In this document: positions 18,440 to 24,067 of the stretch, piece by piece
Position numbering within the stretch: position 1 is the stretch's first letter
How the letters are laid out: every line of letters starts with the position of its first letter
Assembly: GCA_964629815.1 (NCBI GenBank)
Contig: CAZVTA010000003.1
Span: 112,721 to 176,720 of the forward strand
Length of the DNA stretch: 64,000 bases
Direction: 5' to 3'
From: an uncultured Candidatus Saccharibacteria bacterium
GTDB lineage: Bacteria > Patescibacteriota > Saccharimonadia > Saccharimonadales > AWTP1-31
Made by a program: the position numbers and the translations under genes
The notes under the pieces: model-generated
The model's input: the letters and a program-made list of their open reading frames with translations, nothing else
What the model was told of the DNA's origin: nothing
Database searches by the model: none

Positions 18440-18691
18440 ATGAAACATAATTTACAGAAGCCAGAAGTTTTGTGTGCACGGAATGTAATTATCTTTGAGT
18501 CGCCATACGCGGATGAGCCTCGATTAGATACGCCAGATGCAGGAAGTATGCTGAGCGAATATCCTCATGTGCCACCAGAAGTAGCCCGCGGTGCCCTTGA
18601 AAGCCTTACACAACTCGCAGATCTTGATATGCGTAGCCCAGAACGAGTTGCTGGGCTGCTTGCAATCGCAGACACTTTATCAGACCGATAA
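18440..18691 (+). CDS. Hypothetical protein (orphan cassette 1, gene 1)
   Basis: 83-aa ORF. Confidence 0.5.
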   Translation: MKHNLQKPEVLCARNVIIFESPYADEPRLDTPDAGSMLSEYPHVPPEVARGALESLTQLADLDMRSPERVAGLLAIADTLSDR

Positions 18692-18694
18692 TGT

Positions 18695-19234
18695 ATGACA
18701 AGCGAACGATATTTGTACGGACCCACAAATGGATTTGTAATTCCAGATAAAGCAGAGGTCAAAGCGCTGCCAAAAGGTATACGAAAATATACTGACAGAA
18801 TTGCGCCTCAAGGAAAGAGATGTCCTGACGGAATGTGGCGATCCGTTCCCGACGATGATTTTGCTTATGACGTTTACCTTACAAATGAAGAAGATGAGCT
18901 GTGGGTGAGACGCGCAACCCCATCGGTATTTCGTATGCAGGTACATACCCCACCGGGATTAAGCGGGGAGATAGAGCGTGTAATTTACAATTCGAGCGCA
19001 GGCAGTGCTGGAGTGTATGAATTTGGTGATTACGGTGCAGCAATCAGTATTGAGTCGGGCAATCCAGAAGAAATTGTTTCGATTCACAAGACAGACGATC
19101 CAGAAGGTTACCAACGTAAATTAAAATTTGTTTCTTGTTTACTGCTCGATAAATTGCTGCAGCGAAATCATTATAGGGAATTCTATCTTTCAAGAGCACT
19201 TGGGGGCGCCATGATTGACAGAGCGGTTGATTAG
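18695..19234 (+). CDS. Hypothetical protein (orphan cassette 1, gene 2)
   Basis: 179-aa ORF, 3-nt gap to the previous gene. Confidence 0.55.
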   Translation: MTSERYLYGPTNGFVIPDKAEVKALPKGIRKYTDRIAPQGKRCPDGMWRSVPDDDFAYDVYLTNEEDELWVRRATPSVFRMQVHTPPGLSGEIERVIYNSSAGSAGVYEFGDYGAAISIESGNPEEIVSIHKTDDPEGYQRKLKFVSCLLLDKLLQRNHYREFYLSRALGGAMIDRAVD

Positions 19235-19249
19235 GTTATATTAAAGGGC

Positions 19250-19555
19250 ATGCAAGAGCAACAGATTTCTCCAGGGGCAGCAACAAGAGCAAGAATAATG
19301 ACAACGGCCGAAGCGTGGCGTGCAACTTTGCACCCAAGCGATGCAGAATCATTGCGAAATCCTGCAGAACTGCTCGCTGCATTTCAGGATCACCAGATTT
19401 TTGCGAGTATGTTGGCCCGCGAGTTTCCTGAATCGATGCCTGGCCCCTACGAGCTATCTACCGAAGATATGGTTGTACTGCAAGGCTTGCGCCGTGCGCT
19501 GCCGTCTGCGGCCGATAGACTGTGGGAACAAGCCTATCCTATAGAAACCGCATAG
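19250..19555 (+). CDS. Hypothetical protein (orphan cassette 1, gene 3)
   Basis: 101 aa. TTGACA (19215-19220)-16-TATATT (19237-19242), ATG 7 nt later. Confidence 0.5.
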   Translation: MQEQQISPGAATRARIMTTAEAWRATLHPSDAESLRNPAELLAAFQDHQIFASMLAREFPESMPGPYELSTEDMVVLQGLRRALPSAADRLWEQAYPIETA

Positions 19556-19558
19556 CAT

Positions 19559-19918
19559 ATGGCACTTATTCGAGTTACTCATTTAGAATGTGGAGACGTA
19601 AAGCTTACTTCTAAAGATGTGAAGCTGTATACGTACGAAGGTAATGCCGAATGCCCGTCGGGCTGATATAGGTTTACGTGTTCAGAATGCGGCAAAATAG
19701 CATTGTATGATGCCGACCCGCAAGCTTTCGATATCTTACGTGCAGCAGGCTGCATAATAGAGGCGGTAAATGCGCCCGAGCATGATAGTAAAGAGGTTGA
19801 TTCAATAACGCTCCAGCAAGGTGTACTGTCTACAGATGAGGCTCTCGACACAATGAGGGCGCTCAATAGTGCGAGCGACCACCAAATTATGGAAATACTG
19901 ACCCGCAGCGTGCGCTAA
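19559..19918 (+). pseudogene. Cys-containing small ORF interrupted by an in-frame TGA (19664-19666); either two ORFs (35 aa + 71 aa) or a disrupted/recoded gene
   Basis: Own translation: MALIRVTHLECGDVKLTSKDVKLYTYEGNAECPSG*YRFTCSECGKIALYDADPQAF...; both parts are in the same frame. Confidence 0.35.
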
Positions 19919-19980
19919 GCCGCATTGTTGCATTTACAGATAAAAAAGGGTAAAATACTGCAGTTGCATACGTGCAAAAT

Positions 19981-20057
19981 GGGTTGTTAGCTCAGTTGGC
20001 TAGAGCATCTCGTTTACACCGAGGGGGTCGGGGGTTCGAGTCCCTCACAACCCACCA
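19981..20057 (+). tRNA. tRNA-Val(TAC), CCA encoded
   Basis: GGGTTGT..TCTCG-TTTACAC-CGAGG-GGGTC-GGGGG-TTCGAGT-CCCTC-ACAACCC-ACCA; 77 nt. Confidence 0.95.
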
Positions 20058-20065
20058 CGAAAACG

Positions 20066-20090
20066 GCCGGTCTTATCGACCGGCTTTTTT
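20066..20090 (+). terminator. Intrinsic terminator after tRNA-Val
   Basis: GCCGGTC-TTATC-GACCGGC followed by TTTTTT. Confidence 0.75.
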
Positions 20091-20134
20091 CGTGCTTCGG
20101 TGCGGTCTTGAATATCCGACCAAAGGGTCGGGGT

Positions 20135-20219
20135 GAGAAATGCCGGTGGCATTTTGCAAGGGAGCCAACTCTTACAAACTGGTTTGTAAAGATGTTGCGA
20201 CGGGCCTGCCAAAGGTAGG
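20135..20219 (+). ncRNA. 85-nt three-hairpin module, copy C
   Basis: GAGA-AATGCC/GGT/GGCATT-TT-GCAAGG-P2(GAGCCAACTCTTACAAAC..GTTTGTAAAGATGTTGCGAC)-GGG-CCTGCC/AAA/GGTAGG. Flanked by GGGTCGGGGT (20125-20134) and TCGAGTCCC.., so it sits inside a pseudo tRNA-Val T-loop. Confidence 0.6.
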
Positions 20220-20241
20220 TCGAGTCCCTCACAACCCACCA
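20220..20241 (+). repeat. 22-nt direct copy of the tRNA-Val 3' end
   Basis: TCGAGTCCCTCACAACCCACCA is identical to 20036-20057. It is followed by a 16-bp perfect hairpin (20241-20276). Confidence 0.9.
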
Positions 20242-20352
20242 AAGGATAAGTCCCATCAAGATGGGACTTATCCTTTGGCTCCGTGTAGTTTTTACAAAGG
20301 TGGTTGTTTGCGCTTCTGCTTTTGCTACAATCGAACACATTGAGGAGGGTAC

Positions 20353-20805
20353 ATGGAACATTCGCCGGAAATGACTTACGGTGCTAGCTCGCTCGGTGCC
20401 GCAAGCTCAGAAGCTCTGCAACAGCAATACCAAGCCGCACTCGGTCGTATAGAAGCGCGAGAAGACGGCGATTACCTAGATGGATACCCACTCCCACCGG
20501 ACAACGACGATGTATGGAAGACGCAGAGAATTGACGCAGACGTAACGCGTTTTATTGAGCCCTCAGTAGGGTTTGAGAGCGTTTGTTGGACTACTGAAAG
20601 GCGCATTTCGATCTTAGAAATTACCAACGCTGTGCAGCGGCAACGTAATATCCAAAGTATTATTAACGGCTGTGGGCCGTTTGATATTACTCCAGAACAG
20701 ACGGTGTTTATTGGCCTAGAGTTGATGCGTCAGGCAAAACCTAGTCGTATGCAAAAATTGGCAGCTTTTGTTGGCCGTATTGTGGAAGGAATTGCAGAAG
20801 CATGA
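20353..20805 (+). CDS. Hypothetical protein (orphan cassette 2, gene 1)
   Basis: 150 aa; TACAAT box and GAGGAGG SD upstream. Confidence 0.55.
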   Translation: MEHSPEMTYGASSLGAASSEALQQQYQAALGRIEAREDGDYLDGYPLPPDNDDVWKTQRIDADVTRFIEPSVGFESVCWTTERRISILEITNAVQRQRNIQSIINGCGPFDITPEQTVFIGLELMRQAKPSRMQKLAAFVGRIVEGIAEA

Positions 20806-20981
20806 CGCACGAGCAGATGGCAGAATCTTGCCCATACAGCGAAGAAGGCATTGCGGCGGTAGCAGCCGTGGTGGAAAAAATATTTGCTGGCCCCAGTCCA
20901 CAATATGTCGAATGGTTGTCGGGTTATTTGCAGCAACGGCACGAAGTAGCAGCACGTATTGGTTCACTGCCATTGTTCTAG
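20802..20981 (+). CDS. Hypothetical 59-aa protein (below the ORF-track cutoff)
   Basis: Own translation: MTHEQMAESCPYSEEGIAAVAAVVEKIFAGPSPQYVEWLSGYLQQRHEVAARIGSLPLF. ATGA overlap with the upstream stop. Confidence 0.45.
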   Translation: MTHEQMAESCPYSEEGIAAVAAVVEKIFAGPSPQYVEWLSGYLQQRHEVAARIGSLPLF

Positions 20982-21021
20982 ACGTGCGTGGTGCTATACT
21001 CGATATGAATGGAGGTATGCT

Positions 21022-21594
21022 ATGGCAGATCGTAGTGCAGAAAGTCCGTTGCTGGGTATAGAGCATGCTTGTGGCGGTTGCGAACAGGTTGACGTGTTAG
21101 AGCGTCAAGCAGGCGAGATATTACGTGCATCTGGCATGGTTGGGTTTGTGAACGAAGAAGGAACGGTTAGAGTGTGGGTCGGTAGAGATTCGATAGTCGA
21201 TCGACCGCGCGAAGAGCGTTTAGCGCAGGCTGGTATGGTTATTGATGCCGAGGTTCTGGGTAGTAACGATTCGCTGCGTTGTGCTGCTGGTTGCCTTTTG
21301 GCCGAAGTTTGCCTGAGCGATGTGTATAGGGATGTCAATGAATCGAATCATCAGTATAGGCAAGGCCATAAGTGGCACCAGATGCCGCTAGAAGATATTG
21401 TTGCCATGCCGCCACTCCTGTCCCCTGACGATGAGGTTACGAGATTTATAGAAGAGGCGTTTGGCGACACGGCAACGGAACATCAGGCTGCCGAAAGGCC
21501 TACGCACGGCACGGTGCATGTTCCACAGGTAGACGGTACAATAGAACGGTTTACCATTCGTCGCAGCGAAATTAATAGTAGTCAGGTACAGTAA
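21022..21594 (+). CDS. Hypothetical protein (orphan cassette 2, gene 3)
   Basis: Start moved to the ATG at 21022, which has a GGAGG SD 6 nt upstream; 190 aa. Confidence 0.55.
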   Translation: MADRSAESPLLGIEHACGGCEQVDVLERQAGEILRASGMVGFVNEEGTVRVWVGRDSIVDRPREERLAQAGMVIDAEVLGSNDSLRCAAGCLLAEVCLSDVYRDVNESNHQYRQGHKWHQMPLEDIVAMPPLLSPDDEVTRFIEEAFGDTATEHQAAERPTHGTVHVPQVDGTIERFTIRRSEINSSQVQ

Positions 21595-21603
21595 CCAATT
21601 ACT

Positions 21604-21846
21604 ATGGATATAGAACAGATACAACCAGCGGACAGTCCAGCGATTGCAAGGCTTCGGTTTACAGACGTAAACGGCAACGTCCAAGAGCGGAGCATACCAA
21701 CCAAGCCCATATTGAATATTGGTGAATGCGCATTAAGGACCGAGTGGCCAGAACCACCAGCCGAAGCGCCTTTGGGCAGGGCGATTATTCGTACCGATAC
21801 ATACCCGGGCTGGGTAACGGTTCCTACGCGGCTACTGTTGAGCTAA
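21604..21846 (+). CDS. Hypothetical protein (orphan cassette 2, gene 4)
   Basis: 80-aa ORF. Confidence 0.45.
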   Translation: MDIEQIQPADSPAIARLRFTDVNGNVQERSIPTKPILNIGECALRTEWPEPPAEAPLGRAIIRTDTYPGWVTVPTRLLLS

Positions 21847-21970
21847 CTCGATAAGGTGGGCAACAAAGTCCCACACTGGGTGTTCAAGCCGTGCGTAATA
21901 ATGACGCTGTTCGCCTTCGGGTGTTTCGACTCGGCGTATCATTCCTAGTCGTGCTAGGCACGCCATCTCT

Positions 21971-22041
21971 TGGTGGCTCCTCCCAGATCGCTTCACCGAA
22001 CTGGTCGTTCGCTCCGCTCACTTTTCCAGTTCTCGTCTGGG
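21971..22041 (-). other. tRNA-Phe 3'-half mimic: intact T-stem CCCAG/CTGGG with a 44-nt hairpin-forming insertion in the T-loop, then AGGAGCC-ACCA
   Basis: Minus strand: CCCAG-ACGAG[AACTGGAAAAGTGAGCGGAGCGAACGACCAGTTCGGTGAAGCGA]T-CTGGG-AGGAGCCACCA. The last 17 nt are identical to 22083-22099. Confidence 0.6.
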
Positions 22042-22048
22042 TACCATT

Positions 22049-22082
22049 AAAAAAGACCCCAGCTTTAGTGGGGTATTTTTAA
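22049..22082 (-). terminator. Terminator directly after tRNA-Phe
   Basis: Minus strand: AAAAATACCCC-ACTAAAGCT-GGGGTCTTTTTT. Confidence 0.7.
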
Positions 22083-22158
22083 TGGTGGCTCCTCCCAGAC
22101 TCGAACTGGGGACACAAGGCTCTTCAGGCCTCTGCTCTACCAACTGAGCTAAAGAGCC
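22083..22158 (-). tRNA. tRNA-Phe(GAA), CCA encoded
   Basis: GGCTCTT-TA-GCTC..GAGGC-CTGAAGA-GCCTT-GTGTC-CCCAG-TTCGAGT-CTGGG-AGGAGCC-ACCA; 76 nt. Confidence 0.95.
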
Positions 22159-22217
22159 ACAACCCGTCTATTTTATGAGAAAAAACACTTTTCGGCAAGG
22201 GTAGGGCGGTTAATAAC

Positions 22218-22349
22218 TTGCAAAAACACATTTGTCGTATACAATAGGCAAAAGTATGAACAGTATTTGTATGGCAAAGAAGACAAAGCGACAGCCCTAG
22301 CCGAAGCGGCCTTTTTTGACATGAAGCCCCGCCTCGGCGGGGTCTTTTT
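22218..22349 (+). ncRNA. Candidate small transcript: TTGCAA-16-TACAAT promoter, about 100 nt, two tandem terminators (22300-22317, 22327-22349)
   Basis: GCCG-AAG-CGGC + CTTTTTT, then CCCCGCC-TC-GGCGGGG + TCTTTTT. Contains only a 14-codon ORF (MNSICMAKKTKRQP). Confidence 0.3.
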
Positions 22350-22421
22350 ATGCTGTATGTCGATAAAAAGATTCATCTAGGGCCAGCACAGACAATGCTA
22401 ACTTTAAATGAACTGTAATAT

Positions 22422-22775
22422 ATGGAAAATAACAGAACTATACCAATTCAACCAGACATTGAGCCACTTGTGCCGTTACTCATGGTAGAGGCTATCCGCG
22501 AATCAGGGCAGTTGGCTGTATCGGGGCGGCCATTGTTTGTGATGGGTGGCGAAAAAGAACGCTATTATAACGACACGGTTATAGAGCTAGACGTGCCGCT
22601 GTACATATCGGCACTGCGTTCGATTCGCATTCCGCTTCTTGGGCACTCGCATCTCGAAAAAGTGTTCATCGGTGAGTACCCAGTGCTTACGGGTATACAC
22701 CAGGTTACGGGCGAAGACTACATGTTTGGCATACGGCCAGAGCTGAACTTCGACTGGTGCGACAACGCGGTCTAA
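22422..22775 (+). CDS. Hypothetical protein
   Basis: 117-aa ORF. Confidence 0.5.
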   Translation: MENNRTIPIQPDIEPLVPLLMVEAIRESGQLAVSGRPLFVMGGEKERYYNDTVIELDVPLYISALRSIRIPLLGHSHLEKVFIGEYPVLTGIHQVTGEDYMFGIRPELNFDWCDNAV

Positions 22776-23107
22776 TACCACTTGGCGCCGTACATAAGCC
22801 CACCAATGATGATCAGCTGCTGTAAGACGAGCCAGCACGCCTGGTAAAATATAATAACCTTTTCTTTATGGACGATTCCGTACCATAACCATACAAGCGT
22901 AAACAGCTGGTAGCCCACCCACGAACTAATGGCTATGCCCTCAGCGGACTTGTCGCGAAAAATCACATAAAGCTGCGGTATCGTTACGATTGGTTCAATG
23001 GCGGCCACAAGGTAAGTGAGCCGGTCTACGAGCAGGGGCTTGGCCTGTTTTTTTACAATGAGGGCTTTGCGGGCTTTGGTGTGTTGGTGTTGCCGAAATT
23101 TTGTCAT
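22772..23107 (-). CDS. PQ-loop / SemiSWEET-like 3-TM protein (paralog of 14230-14529)
   Basis: 111 aa; VTIPQLYVIF PQ motif; aligns along its length with the 99-aa paralog. Confidence 0.6.
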   Translation of the reverse strand: MTKFRQHQHTKARKALIVKKQAKPLLVDRLTYLVAAIEPIVTIPQLYVIFRDKSAEGIAISSWVGYQLFTLVWLWYGIVHKEKVIIFYQACWLVLQQLIIIGGLMYGAKWY

Positions 23108-23184
23108 GCTTATGCTTTAACTTTACTTCATACTAACAAATCTTGAGTTATTGCACAAAATGCCGTATAATCTCAATCTGTTAT

Positions 23185-23306
23185 GCGGGTCTAGCTCAGT
23201 TGTTTAGAGTGAGAGCTGCCTGAGGCAGGTCGCAAGGAAACCTTCTCTTGAAAACTTGTTTTCAAAGACGAAGATTCGGGGTCGCGGAACGTGACCGTCC
23301 TTGCCA
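23185..23306 (+). other. Pseudo 5' half of tRNA-Gly(GCC) (positions 1-24, then anticodon stem/loop CGTCCTTGCCA) interrupted by the 85-nt module
   Basis: GCGGGTCTAGCTCAGTTGTTTAGAG is identical to 23357-23381. TTGAGT-17-TATAAT promoter at 23143-23171. TTTAGAGT (23203-23210) can pair with ACTCTAAA (23321-23328). Confidence 0.6.
23211..23295 (+). ncRNA. 85-nt three-hairpin module, copy E
   Basis: GAGA-GCTGCC/TGA/GGCAGG-TC-GCAAGG-P2 (identical to copy B except 1 nt)-GGG-GTCGCG/GAA/CGTGAC. Confidence 0.6.
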
Positions 23307-23356
23307 GGCCAAGGTTGTCTACTCTAAAATCAAGAGATGTTCGTTTAGCAATATAT

Positions 23357-23433
23357 GCGGGTCTAGCTCAGTTGTTTAGAGCGCGTCCTTGCCAAGGACG
23401 AGGCCAGGGGTTAGAGTCCCCTGACCCGCACCA
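23357..23433 (+). tRNA. tRNA-Gly(GCC), CCA encoded
   Basis: GCGGGTC..CGTCC-TTGCCAA-GGACG-AGGCC-AGGGG-TTAGAGT-CCCCT-GACCCGC-ACCA; 77 nt. Confidence 0.95.
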
Positions 23434-23505
23434 AGAAAAGAGTCTTGTCCGATAGGGCAGGGCTTTTTTCTTGGCTTCGGTTACAGATTCTAACACCTGC
23501 CAAAA

Positions 23506-23541
23506 GAGGCCAGGGTGAATAGTGCCAGTCTTGCACCACCA
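23506..23541 (+). other. Degenerate tRNA-Gly 3'-part mimic ending GCACCACCA
   Basis: GAGGCCAGGG matches 23400-23409 (G + variable loop AGGCC + T-stem AGGG). It then diverges (TGAATAGTGCCAGTCTT) and ends GCACCA+CCA. Followed by the 9-bp hairpin ATGACCCCC/GGGGGTCAT (23549-23572). Confidence 0.45.
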
Positions 23542-23578
23542 AAAATGCATGACCCCCATTTTCGGGGGTCATTTCATG

Positions 23579-24067
23579 CTATAGCATTTTAACCATAACG
23601 AGCTTACCGAGTTTGTGGCCAACTTCAGTAAACCCAAGCTTTTCGGTCAGTAACTTGCTATCCGCATTGCATTTTGCTATGAAACCTTTGTGCCCGTATT
23701 TCGCGACCATTTCTGGTGTCGACGCAGCATTCAGTAGTCCTGCAACTGTCTTTGTGCCTACGCCTTGGTTTCTGAATTGAGGCAGGGTGATTATGCCCCC
23801 GACGACTGCAAGGTTTTTGCCGTCGTATTTTTCGAAACCAGTCACTCCTGCGTAGCTCATAACATCGCAATGAAACACCCAATGTGGCGACATAAATTCG
23901 CTAACCATAGCCATACCTATTGGGTGATTTTTAATAGTGATTGGGTCTAATGCTTTCATGTCTTCTTGCGAAGACAGCTCACATATTTCTTCAAAATCTA
24001 GTTCTAAGAACGCATCGCCGCTTGGCTCGTAATATATCGTGTCATGCGGTACTAATTCGTATTTCAT
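23579..24067 (-). CDS. GNAT-family N-acetyltransferase
   Basis: Start moved to MKYELVPHD (AAGGA SD). Motif A: ITLPQFRNQGVGTKTVAGLL. Confidence 0.65.
   Translation of the reverse strand: MKYELVPHDTIYYEPSGDAFLELDFEEICELSSQEDMKALDPITIKNHPIGMAMVSEFMSPHWVFHCDVMSYAGVTGFEKYDGKNLAVVGGIITLPQFRNQGVGTKTVAGLLNAASTPEMVAKYGHKGFIAKCNADSKLLTEKLGFTEVGHKLGKLVMVKML

Noticed and set aside
18089-18448. Minus-strand ORFs of 119 and 103 aa here, and of 115 and 97 aa at 20014-20361, share peptide strings such as LAKCHWHFSP / LAKCHRHFSP. That could suggest a conserved small protein family.
   Set aside because: They run antisense through tRNA genes, terminators and the 85-nt module. The shared peptide is simply the translated repeat. 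Stem-compensating substitutions fit RNA structure rather than a coding frame.
19664-19666. Alternative genetic code (UGA = Gly, as in Gracilibacteria/SR1) as an explanation for the in-frame TGA.
   Set aside because: TGA ends several well-supported genes at conserved lengths in this window (for example 11206-11208 and 36912-36914). Conserved proteins read through without internal TGAs.
23368-23559. 63-aa minus-strand ORF.
   Set aside because: It is antisense to tRNA-Gly, its terminator and the 3' mimic.
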